DNA of 64,000 nucleotides from Leptonemataceae bacterium (GTDB lineage Bacteria; Spirochaetota; Leptospiria; Leptospirales; Leptonemataceae): NCBI GenBank assembly GCA_965227295.1, contig OZ245742.1, positions 1,568,001 to 1,632,000 of the forward strand, read 5' to 3'. Shown piece by piece: positions 18,601 to 26,307 of this stretch (position 1 is its first letter; each line of letters starts with the position of its first letter). The notes under the pieces were generated by a model. It saw only the letters and a program-made list of their open reading frames with translations, ran no database searches and was not told where the DNA came from. The position numbers and the translations under genes were made by a program.

Positions 18601-19628
18601 CGGACGATTTCGAGGCTCTGGCCTTCGAAGCCACGGGAGAAATCGCGCGCGTGCGTTGTCTGGCGACAACGGACCCTTCACTGATGTTCGCCCCGGGCTG
18701 GGTTACGATCTTGATCGTTCCCATCTCCACGGACCTCAAACCGGTGCCGTCTCAGGAATTGATTCGAGCCACCACGGACTACGTGCGCAGCCGTTCCCTC
18801 AGTCATTTGATCGACGACTCGCCGGTGCGTGTCAACGTCCTCGGACCGGGCTATGTCAACGTCTATGCCGAACTGGATGTGGCCTACAAGAACATCAACG
18901 AGGCGCGGCTGGTGCAGGATCGCATCAACAAGGCGCTGAATACTTTCTTGCATCCGCTTACCGGCGGGGACGCGGGCACCGGCTGGCCCTTCGGCCGTAA
19001 CGTCTACGCAACGGAAATTTACGAACTGGTGGAAAGCGTGGCGGGCGTGGACTACGTCGCCCAGGCCGTGTTACGCGCTGCCGAACACATCTTTTACGTA
19101 TACCCGGTGAACGCCTTTACGCCGTCGGCGCCGTATCCCGCGGGCAGTCTGCTGCGCATTACCCGCGGCGCTTTCCAGGCGGACCTGCGCACGGGCGAAC
19201 TGTTGCGCGAGGACGAAAGCATCAGCCGGGTGACGGTGCTGGGATTCAAAGAAGGCGACGTGGTTACGCTCTACGATACCGGCATGCAGAATCCGCTGAA
19301 CCTGGAAGTCACGGGGATCTCGGGCGTGAACATGTCGGTGCGCGCGGCCTTCGCGAACGTTTCGTACGGAGTCGGCAGTACCGTGTGCAGTGCGGACAAA
19401 CGCGTCCAGATCAGTGTCACCGAAGCGGTTTCCGTGGGTGAATTCACGAACCTGGTGTTGATGATTCCCCAGGCCGAGGATGCCTTCGAACTCCAGGCGC
19501 AGGACCTGGCCACCATTCGCGGCGAGTTCTCCGACGTCTCGGATGAGGTCGAGGTCGTAATCCTCGGTCCGAACAACTTAACGTATCCGGGGACGCACGT
19601 TATTCGCGCCCTTCAGGAGGGATCGTAA
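15627..19628 (+). CDS. Large baseplate J/gp6-like wedge protein (Afp11-like), 1333 aa
   Basis: LP.P.IDRR, RLNGVPDRNFLTFL, LGSSNAEPDQRF, FGNGVRG..P, YQYGGGTAGNV, RAITPDDFE and FLHPLTGG..GTGWPFGR. Confidence 0.92.
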   Translation: MALPTPIIDRRDQKALAEKLRELIVTYASEWPDVAAVEADGQVDALVQIFARFYEVINERLNGVPDRNFLTFLEMAGVDIDPPRAAATPLVFQAAENVTADVTVPVGTQIIVEGSEDDPIIFETRELLTTITARLNRIVSLEPTADRYTDHVSLLDPDARDVETLLTGKTPLTHRLFFGHDVLFDYKDAATVRVHTSIKTPVSFPSNQWNVDWFIYTQESDDPVKLTPVIDDVVVDTDVKNLLRGGTITFENVEGISNEEIGGYVFKESAALTWNTLTSDKRWLVAELTSSLPAQTYSKLEDQEAEEAYFNATEYDPAGSFRPFGVDPTLGDRLNVAHVDVLDQPGATITLDFDLSQVGTTTDINIEWQYLEGSLWKKIGFTGFGGVTDAGDYRLEDDTNGFKQSGQVRFICPTFSPALANSITNRWIRAIIRGGEYANGAEPVVSAMTIGYTYVPELLTLQVETELSPEAPQQADHAYLNGQILDTGRDFYPFGETPAFNDTFYFALEAAFANEGANITIDAVLSESRPAPSTLGREITLALEYFDGYDWSEIARLAEDGVDSPMSGVTDETYAFTVLDTDTQISFTCPDVRKVTINGIEDYWLRFRIVDGDYGQPASYDGGTETYTNATYVPPSLEKFRIDYSFTTTEDPEQLIFENEFFFADETAALIANNATPASASPITFFRTSGDLSPALYLSFDRDIQSLPINLFFPILASPFQVTNDSEPPTMLWEYWDGSEWQVTSFNDGTVGLTRGEIAQVLVPGDSKARPIFGNAANWIRVRLEAGTFVTNPEVDRLYANAVWSDNVVTIRDELLGSSNAEPDQRFNLARFPVLQGQQILVREAAITKEDRAEIIAEEGEDAITEITDEAGNVTDIWVRWHQVTRFEGSGPQSRHYIFDALKGEILFGNGVRGYLPPAGRDNIRAGFYQYGGGTAGNVEAFEIVRPRSALVGIEEVFNPSNVSGGVDLESLERLRERGPRTIKNRGRAITPDDFEALAFEATGEIARVRCLATTDPSLMFAPGWVTILIVPISTDLKPVPSQELIRATTDYVRSRSLSHLIDDSPVRVNVLGPGYVNVYAELDVAYKNINEARLVQDRINKALNTFLHPLTGGDAGTGWPFGRNVYATEIYELVESVAGVDYVAQAVLRAAEHIFYVYPVNAFTPSAPYPAGSLLRITRGAFQADLRTGELLREDESISRVTVLGFKEGDVVTLYDTGMQNPLNLEVTGISGVNMSVRAAFANVSYGVGSTVCSADKRVQISVTEAVSVGEFTNLVLMIPQAEDAFELQAQDLATIRGEFSDVSDEVEVVILGPNNLTYPGTHVIRALQEGS

Positions 19629-19653
19629 CTATCACTGCTGCGAGGTTAACATC

Positions 19654-20586
19654 ATGCCTATACCCATACCCGAACTGAACGATCGTAATTTCGAAAGCCT
19701 CATGGAAGAGGCCCGGGCGCTGATTCCCCGCTACAATTCGAAGTGGACGAACTACAATCCCTCGGACCCGGGCATCACGCTGCTTGAGCTCTTCGCCTTT
19801 CTGTGCGAGCAGACGCTCTACCGCGTGAATCGCGTACCGCTGAAAAACTTCGAGGCCTTTCTCAAGCTATTGGGCATCACCGTGGCCGACGGCGAGAGCA
19901 TCGAAAGCGGCATCCTGCGGGCGCGGGCGTTGCTGGAAGAACGTTATCGCACGATTACGCCGGCGGACTACCAGGCCGTGGTTCTCGAAAAAATGGAAGA
20001 GCTGCTCACCGGTCTCGGCGGTCGTGCCATCGTCATGAACAACGTGGACCTGGAGTTCGCTCCGCCGACGATCGTGGACCTGGAATCCATCAGCAAAGAG
20101 GCGCATGTGAGCGTCATTATCGTTCCACGCTGTGATACCGATGACGGGACCTACTGCGACGCGGACTCGCTGCCGCTGCCCGTTCCCACATCGACGCTCT
20201 TAAGTGAAGTCAGTACGCGATTACAGGAACGCCGGTTGATCGGCATGCGCGCCCACGCGGTGGCGCCGCGGTATCGGACGTTAAACTTAACGGCCTGGCT
20301 GGTGCCGCAGCCGGACTTTCAGGGCGACATCGTTCAGACCGTGCAGGATTCGGCGAAGGCGTTTTACGATCCCCTGGACGGCGGCCCGGACGGAACCGGC
20401 TGGCCGTTGGGCCGGGACGTGTATCGTTCGGAGTTCTTTCAGATCTTAGAAAGCACGCCTGGTGTTGATTTCGTTCAGCGCATTACCATGAACAGCGCCG
20501 ACGCCGACGTCGTCGTGCAACCCTGGGAACTGGTGAACCTCGCATCGATTACGGTGAATCTGGTCGATGCCAGCATTACGTTGTAG
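19654..20586 (+). CDS. Short baseplate J-like protein (Afp11/12-like)
   Basis: PELNDRNFE, WTNYNPSDPGITLLELFAFL, LYRVNRVP, RTIT..DY and DPLDGGPDGTGWPLGRDVY. Confidence 0.92.
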   Translation: MPIPIPELNDRNFESLMEEARALIPRYNSKWTNYNPSDPGITLLELFAFLCEQTLYRVNRVPLKNFEAFLKLLGITVADGESIESGILRARALLEERYRTITPADYQAVVLEKMEELLTGLGGRAIVMNNVDLEFAPPTIVDLESISKEAHVSVIIVPRCDTDDGTYCDADSLPLPVPTSTLLSEVSTRLQERRLIGMRAHAVAPRYRTLNLTAWLVPQPDFQGDIVQTVQDSAKAFYDPLDGGPDGTGWPLGRDVYRSEFFQILESTPGVDFVQRITMNSADADVVVQPWELVNLASITVNLVDASITL

Positions 20587-20594
20587 GTAAGTTT

Positions 20595-21371
20595 ATGCCG
20601 GAAGAATCTAAGTACTTAAAGTATCTACCGTCGGTTTATCGCGAAGACGGAGACGGTGTTCAGGAAGGTTTCATGGGCCGCTTCCTGCAGGCCTTCGAGG
20701 AAATGCTCGAGGGTGCCGGAAGCGGAAGTGATCCGGCCGGCGTGCACACGCTGGTAGAGGACATCGCGAATTACTTCGATCCCGACTTCGCGCCGGCGCA
20801 GTTCATCGACTGGCTGGCCGGCTGGGTGGCTCTCGAGCTGCAACAAACCGCCGACTGGATGGAAGACGATTACGGCGAAACCACCGCCGTGGTGGATCAG
20901 GTGCAACCGTTCGCCGCGGCGCGAGATACGCGCAACCGGAACCTCATTAAGAACGCGGCGAGCCTGTATCAGAAGCGCGGTACGCGCAACGGAATGCAGG
21001 AGCTGCTGGCGATCTATGCGAAGCTCGCGCCGGGTACGCCGCCGGAGGACATCGAGAAATTTGTCCGCATCATCGAGGCGACGAATCTCTTCCAGATCGG
21101 CGTCACGACGATCATTGGTACGCAGACGAGCATCGGCGAACGGCCGCACTATTTCCAGGTGGAGATCGTGATTCCGGCACCGGACCCGGTCGCTCTCACC
21201 AATTACAAACGTTCGGTGGCGAATGTCATCGATGCCGAGAAGCCGGCGCATACGTACTACGACTTGATCGTTACGGTTCCGACCATGCAGGTCGGTGAGA
21301 CCGCCACGGTGGGTGTGGATACGCTGCTCGGCACCACGACGGAAGCCCCGGAAATCGAAGAGGAAGCATAG
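20595..21371 (+). CDS. P2 gpI-like baseplate/tail protein
   Basis: YLPSVYR, RFLQAFE, YFDP..AP..FIDWLAGWV, LYQKRGT and IDAEKPAHT. Confidence 0.9.
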   Translation: MPEESKYLKYLPSVYREDGDGVQEGFMGRFLQAFEEMLEGAGSGSDPAGVHTLVEDIANYFDPDFAPAQFIDWLAGWVALELQQTADWMEDDYGETTAVVDQVQPFAAARDTRNRNLIKNAASLYQKRGTRNGMQELLAIYAKLAPGTPPEDIEKFVRIIEATNLFQIGVTTIIGTQTSIGERPHYFQVEIVIPAPDPVALTNYKRSVANVIDAEKPAHTYYDLIVTVPTMQVGETATVGVDTLLGTTTEAPEIEEEA

Positions 21372-21408
21372 GCTAAATACAGATTACTAATAGTTACGGA
21401 GTATTAAT

Positions 21409-22911
21409 ATGGCAGAAGATGATCTGAAACGAGTTCGATATTTTAACGGCTTGATTATGCAAGAGGAGGACTTCATCCTTGAGCAGGACTATCACATCAA
21501 GCTGCAACGGCTGCACAACCGGCACCTGCACGGGGCCGGCATCGTGTTCGGCCTGGAAGTGGAGCTGATCGACGCGGAGAACGTGCGGGTTACCCCCGGC
21601 ATGGCGCTCGACGAATCCACGGACGGCCCCGACGACGTCAGCCGCGAAATATATCTTACGGGCGAAGAGGAAGTGAACCTGGGGTTACACCCGGCGGGTA
21701 CCGAGTACTACATCTGGATTTCTTACACTGAGGCGCCGGACCCGATGGACGTGTATCCGGCGAAAGGCGGCTCGGAGCCGATCTACATTGCGCAGACCGG
21801 TCAGGTCAACTTCGGTGAGTCGTTGCCGGAGGGCGCGAATTCTACCGAGATCATTCTGGCCCGGGTCGTCTACACGGCGAGCGGGGACCTCGACGGCACG
21901 AGCATAACGTACCTGGACGACGAGGACAAATCGTTGCGCCTGCTTTCCAGTTTCAAAGCGGATTCAGCCGAATTTGAAAGGCTTACGTTACGCCACGATA
22001 ACGACGCCGATCCGACCTACGCGCGCCTGGACGGTTTTTTCTTCAGCGACACGGGCGATAACGGCATCAACGCCGTCTCGGATCGCACGCGCTTTTTTGG
22101 TCGGGTGGACGTCGACGAAGAACTGCACGTTACCCAGGACGGAAACTTTGACATCGACATCAACGTAACGGCCGACGCCAACATTGGAGGCGACGTCATT
22201 GTGACCGGCGAGATGCGATCGACGAATGCGAGTGGTAAGCTGGAGATCAACGATGCCGTCCACGTGGCGGAGTCTTTGGACTTGAGCACCGGCGCGACGG
22301 TGAATGAGTTCTCGACGGACGGCACCATGGCCGACGACAGCGATACGGCCGTGCCGACGGAACAGGCGGTGAAGACGTACGTGGACGCGAAGATCCAGGA
22401 GTTCATCGACGATCAATTGGTGGGCTGCGTGGCGGCATTCGCAGTCGATAGTCCACCGGACGGCTGGTTGGAATGTAACGGCGATGATGTCGATCGAACG
22501 ACCTACGCGAACCTCTTTGCAAGAATTCAAACCACCTTCGGCGCAGGAAATGGAACCACAACTTTCAACATTCCGGACCTGCGGGGTGAGTTCATTCGCG
22601 GCTGGGATCATGGCGAAGGCAACGATCCGGATGCAGCGTCGCGAACGGATAGTGGCGACGGCACCACCGGTGATAATCTGGGTACGAAACAAGCGGATGC
22701 TTTTCAGGATCACGGGCACGATCATCAGTATGCGCTGTACGCAGATACCGGCGGCAGTGGTATTTTCGCCTCGGGTAGCACAGGGCCGGATGTTGGTGTC
22801 ACGGGCGGGATAATTCATACTCCGGAAGCTTATGGAGCGAACCCTGCACCCAGATTCACTTCCGAAACCCGCCCGCGCAACGTGGCTCTGATGTACTGCA
22901 TCAAGTACTAA
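21409..22911 (+). CDS. eCIS tail fibre 1 (Afp13-like) with phage tail-collar domain
   Basis: N-terminal KRVRYFNG...EEDF..EQ.Y...HN..LH..GIV.GL anchor; collar PDGWLECNG..V.RTTYANLF...TTFNIPDLRGEFIRGWD; HxH motif; C-terminal ETRPRNVALMYCIKY. Confidence 0.88.
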   Translation: MAEDDLKRVRYFNGLIMQEEDFILEQDYHIKLQRLHNRHLHGAGIVFGLEVELIDAENVRVTPGMALDESTDGPDDVSREIYLTGEEEVNLGLHPAGTEYYIWISYTEAPDPMDVYPAKGGSEPIYIAQTGQVNFGESLPEGANSTEIILARVVYTASGDLDGTSITYLDDEDKSLRLLSSFKADSAEFERLTLRHDNDADPTYARLDGFFFSDTGDNGINAVSDRTRFFGRVDVDEELHVTQDGNFDIDINVTADANIGGDVIVTGEMRSTNASGKLEINDAVHVAESLDLSTGATVNEFSTDGTMADDSDTAVPTEQAVKTYVDAKIQEFIDDQLVGCVAAFAVDSPPDGWLECNGDDVDRTTYANLFARIQTTFGAGNGTTTFNIPDLRGEFIRGWDHGEGNDPDAASRTDSGDGTTGDNLGTKQADAFQDHGHDHQYALYADTGGSGIFASGSTGPDVGVTGGIIHTPEAYGANPAPRFTSETRPRNVALMYCIKY

Positions 22912-22952
22912 AGAATAAAAAACTAACGGCATATACTTAAGGAGCAATCATC

Positions 22953-24335
22953 ATGGCAAAACCCGTTAAACGATTACGCTATTTCGACGGACTCTTTCTC
23001 CGTGAAGAGGAGTTCAACGACGAACAGGAACACTACACCCGTCTGCGGCGGTTGCATAACCGCTACCTGCACAGCAACGGGATCGTCTACGGCCTGGAGG
23101 TCGAACCGGGCGGCAGCGCGGATTCCGTATCGGTAACGAAGGGTATGGCCCTGGATCGCTACGAAGACGGTGACATCGGGGACAGTCTGAGCCGGGAGAT
23201 CATCTTACGAGATGCCGAAGAAGTCAGCCTGCAACAGTACGATCCTTCCGACGAGGTGTGGCTGTGGATCGCGTACGGCGAGTCCCAGGCCGACGCCGAT
23301 GCCGGCGGCAATCCGACGCGCTACGAGGAGATCCCGCAAATCATACACGGCACGACCATGCCCACCGGCGACGCGAACATCATCCTCGCGCGCATTGTCA
23401 TGCCCGCCGGCTCGATTACGGAATCGGACATTTTCGATACCGACGGCTCGTCGAATCCCATCCGTAAACTGGCGGGTTTCCAGGGTGGCAGTGTCAGTAC
23501 CGATACCCTCATTCTCACGGACGATGATTTCGGGACGGATCCGCCGACTCTGGACGGCTTCTACTGGAGCGGTACGGATGATCGCGGCGTGAAATTCAAT
23601 TCGGACCGCACCCAGTTTTCCGGCGACGTGGAAATCGACGAAACACTCACCGTCACGCAGGATGCGACGTTTTCCGCGAACGTCAGCGCCGGCGGTACGA
23701 TGAGCGTTACCGGAAACACCACGCTCAGTGGCAATGCAGGCATCGGCGGTACACTCACAATTCAAGGCTCCGTATCCGTGGACGAGGTCTCCGACGATGA
23801 TACCATGGCCGATGCCAGTGCTACCGCGGTTCCCACGGAACGTGCGGTACGGGAATACGTCGAGTCTCTGCTGGTCGGTTCGATCACCGCGTTTGCCATG
23901 CAGGAGGCCGATCTTCCGGACGGCTGGGTGGTTTGCGACGGCCGAGAAATCAGCCGCACGACTTACGCGCGACTGTTCGGGAAGATCAGCACAAATTACG
24001 GGACCGGAGACGGATCCACGACGTTTAACGTGCCGGACCTACAGGGTGAGTTCATTCGCGGTCTTGATGCAACGGCGGGCAACGACCCGGACTCGCCGCG
24101 CGCGGTGGGTTCCAGTCAGGCTGATGCGTTTCAGGGGCACTGGCACGATCATCCTCACGAGATGTTCTGGAATGACGGTAGCCCGAACAACGTGGCATCG
24201 AGCAATCAGATTACGATGAACAATGAGATCAACGCGGTTAGAGATCCTTCCAGCGACGGCGTCAACGGTACCCCGCGCACATCATCCGAAACCCGCCCCC
24301 GCAACGTGGCAATGCTGTACTGCATCAAAACGTAA
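22953..24335 (+). CDS. eCIS tail fibre 2 (paralogue of fibre 1) with tail-collar domain
   Basis: KRLRYFDG...EEEF..EQ; PDGWVVCDG...SRTTYARLF...FNVPDLQGEFIRG; FQGHWHDH; ETRPRNVAMLYCIKT. Confidence 0.88.
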   Translation: MAKPVKRLRYFDGLFLREEEFNDEQEHYTRLRRLHNRYLHSNGIVYGLEVEPGGSADSVSVTKGMALDRYEDGDIGDSLSREIILRDAEEVSLQQYDPSDEVWLWIAYGESQADADAGGNPTRYEEIPQIIHGTTMPTGDANIILARIVMPAGSITESDIFDTDGSSNPIRKLAGFQGGSVSTDTLILTDDDFGTDPPTLDGFYWSGTDDRGVKFNSDRTQFSGDVEIDETLTVTQDATFSANVSAGGTMSVTGNTTLSGNAGIGGTLTIQGSVSVDEVSDDDTMADASATAVPTERAVREYVESLLVGSITAFAMQEADLPDGWVVCDGREISRTTYARLFGKISTNYGTGDGSTTFNVPDLQGEFIRGLDATAGNDPDSPRAVGSSQADAFQGHWHDHPHEMFWNDGSPNNVASSNQITMNNEINAVRDPSSDGVNGTPRTSSETRPRNVAMLYCIKT

Positions 24336-24344
24336 GCCGTCCCC

Positions 24345-24391
24345 CGGCGATCATCGCGCGCTTTTCCCTTGCGTTACTGCGATGATCGCCG
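24345..24391 (+). terminator. 13-bp inverted repeat at the 3' end of the eCIS cluster
   Basis: CGGCGATCATCGC (24345-24357) and GCGATGATCGCCG (24379-24391), with a 21-nt loop and no U-tract. Confidence 0.45.
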
Positions 24392-24404
24392 AGGCTGGCG
24401 GGCC

Positions 24405-26306
24405 GTGGAATTCTTTCTCACCGCCGTAGTTCTCGGCGAGCTGCTCTTTGTCTGGTACGTGCTGTATCGTCGCTTCTTGCATCGCGGCGAGAGTCGCGGT
24501 GCGGCCGTGCTCTATGCATACGTAACGCTGCTCGCCGGTGTTTCCATTTTCGCGCAACTCTGTCTGTGGCTCGGCCTCGGAAACTGGTCCTGGATCGGCG
24601 ATGCGACGGCCGTTGCGCTGGCCTGGTTGTATCTGCGGCGCACCGAGGGATTGCCGGCTTCGTCGGATCCCGGGCTGACCTTTCGCGAAGTACCGCTGCT
24701 GCCGAAGCTCGCGTACGGAGCGGTGTTTGTCTATCTGGCGTTGCAGGCGCTTTTGCTGCCGTTACTCAATCACGACAGCCACGCGTACAACCTGGCGCGG
24801 GTGTTCATCTATCAACAGCAGGGCACGCTCTTTCCGGAGCACGTCAACTATCTCGCGCAGTCCACGTTTTCGCACGCCGGCGATGTGTTGTTCTTTCTGT
24901 TTACGCGCTTCTACTCCACCTACGCCACCGGCATCTTCAGTTACCTGGCCTGGCTGTGCATTCTCGTCGGCGCCTTTGAAACGACGTGGCGGCACTTTCA
25001 CGATCGACGCCTGGCCTGGGTCGTTACGGCAATCGCGGCCGGGTTCATTCTGCCGATTCTACAGGCGACGTCTTCGAAGCCGGACATCCTCAGTGCCGTC
25101 GCCTGCACGGCGGCCCTTCTGGCCGTGGGCCGGGAAAGCGGGCGCTTTCGTTCGGGCATGTTCGTGCTGGCCGGCGCCTTTGCCGTCGTGGTGAAACCCT
25201 ACGCCGGCGCCATGATTCTGCCCCTGGCATTGTTTGTCATCCTGCGCGCCGCGCGTGACGGGGCCGTTGTCGGTCTCCGGCCGCGCACGGTTTCGGCGAA
25301 GCTGCTCCACGTCATGGCCGTGGCGCACGTCGTACTCCTCGGCGCGCTGATGTACATGAACTACGCGCGCTACGGAACGACCGTCGGCGACGTAGAGTTT
25401 TATCAATTGCACTTAAACGATGACGGCATCACCGGCGCGGCGGCGAATCTGCTGCGCTACTTTTTGCAGACACTTGCCTGGCCCGGTGCGACGGTCCTCA
25501 ACGATTGGTACGCGTTACTGCCGTCGTGGCTGCAACAGGCCGGCGTGCGGGATGGGGCTCCGCTGCAGATCGTGGCGTCCGCGCATTCGTTCCGGCCGTA
25601 CGAAGATTCTTCCTGGTTCGGCTTTGCCGGTGCGCTCCTGGTTCCCCCTGCCGTAATTTATGCCCTGGTGCGCGGCACCTGGTTCCTGCGCGCGCTGAGC
25701 GCGTCTTTGCTGATCTGCTTAATCTTACTTTCCTGGAATCTTGCGTGGGCTCCCTGGAACAATCGTTACTTCACCGTATTCTTCGCGCTCACGCCGTTGC
25801 TCATCGCCGTTCTCCTGCGGCCCCTGGTGCAGATCGGTCCGGCGCGTGTGATCCTGGTTCTGTTGTCTCTCGTGAGTACGCTGTGCGCCGCCCTGGGGAA
25901 CTCTTCGCGACCGGCCCATCTCTTTCCGACCCTGGTGCAACACCGGGAAGTCATGGAGCGATTCGTATACGATGCTCCCGTACTGCGAGAATATCGCCGG
26001 TATGTACCGGTCGGTTCTGAAGTCCTGGTCATCGCACTCCCGGACGCCCGGGTCTACGGTTTCCTGGCGGCGAGTCAAGGCGTTCATGTGGATTTGAACG
26101 CGCCGGATCGAATCATTCGGGCGGACGAGAGAGGGATCGATCAACTGGACATGGAACACGTCGAAGGTCTGCTCCGCCACTATGATCGCGTGGTACTGGT
26201 GGGGGTTCTCCCGCCGGCATGGCTGGAAAAAAACGGCGAACGCCTGTACGGCGTCGATTCCAACGGCAACCCGCATACGCCGTTTGCGATTTACGCGTTG
26301 CGCTGA
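24405..26306 (+). CDS. Polytopic membrane protein, GT-C (ArnT/PMT-like) glycosyltransferase
   Basis: Many TM segments; first loop NHDSHAYNLARV; QATSSKPD; WAPWNNRYF. GTG start assumed. Confidence 0.65.
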   Translation: MEFFLTAVVLGELLFVWYVLYRRFLHRGESRGAAVLYAYVTLLAGVSIFAQLCLWLGLGNWSWIGDATAVALAWLYLRRTEGLPASSDPGLTFREVPLLPKLAYGAVFVYLALQALLLPLLNHDSHAYNLARVFIYQQQGTLFPEHVNYLAQSTFSHAGDVLFFLFTRFYSTYATGIFSYLAWLCILVGAFETTWRHFHDRRLAWVVTAIAAGFILPILQATSSKPDILSAVACTAALLAVGRESGRFRSGMFVLAGAFAVVVKPYAGAMILPLALFVILRAARDGAVVGLRPRTVSAKLLHVMAVAHVVLLGALMYMNYARYGTTVGDVEFYQLHLNDDGITGAAANLLRYFLQTLAWPGATVLNDWYALLPSWLQQAGVRDGAPLQIVASAHSFRPYEDSSWFGFAGALLVPPAVIYALVRGTWFLRALSASLLICLILLSWNLAWAPWNNRYFTVFFALTPLLIAVLLRPLVQIGPARVILVLLSLVSTLCAALGNSSRPAHLFPTLVQHREVMERFVYDAPVLREYRRYVPVGSEVLVIALPDARVYGFLAASQGVHVDLNAPDRIIRADERGIDQLDMEHVEGLLRHYDRVVLVGVLPPAWLEKNGERLYGVDSNGNPHTPFAIYALR

Positions 26307-26307
26307 C

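Larger units (their letters stand above)
3939..24335 (+). other. Extracellular contractile injection system (eCIS, Afp/PVC-like) gene cluster
   Basis: 18 co-oriented ORFs covering ATPase, cap, sheath, tubes, chaperones, hub, spike, PAAR, gp25, baseplate J, gpI and fibres. No capsid, portal, terminase or TssJLM genes. Confidence 0.95.

Noticed and set aside
3939-24335. Prophage or T6SS interpretation of the tail cluster
   Set aside because: No capsid, portal, terminase, integrase or replication genes, and no TssJLM, TssK or ClpV. The Afp15-like ATPase and DUF4255 point to an eCIS.
21409-24335. Diversity-generating retroelement or invertase shufflon acting on the fibre tips
   Set aside because: No reverse transcriptase, no adenine-specific TR/VR pair, no recombinase and no inverted fibre cassettes in the window.
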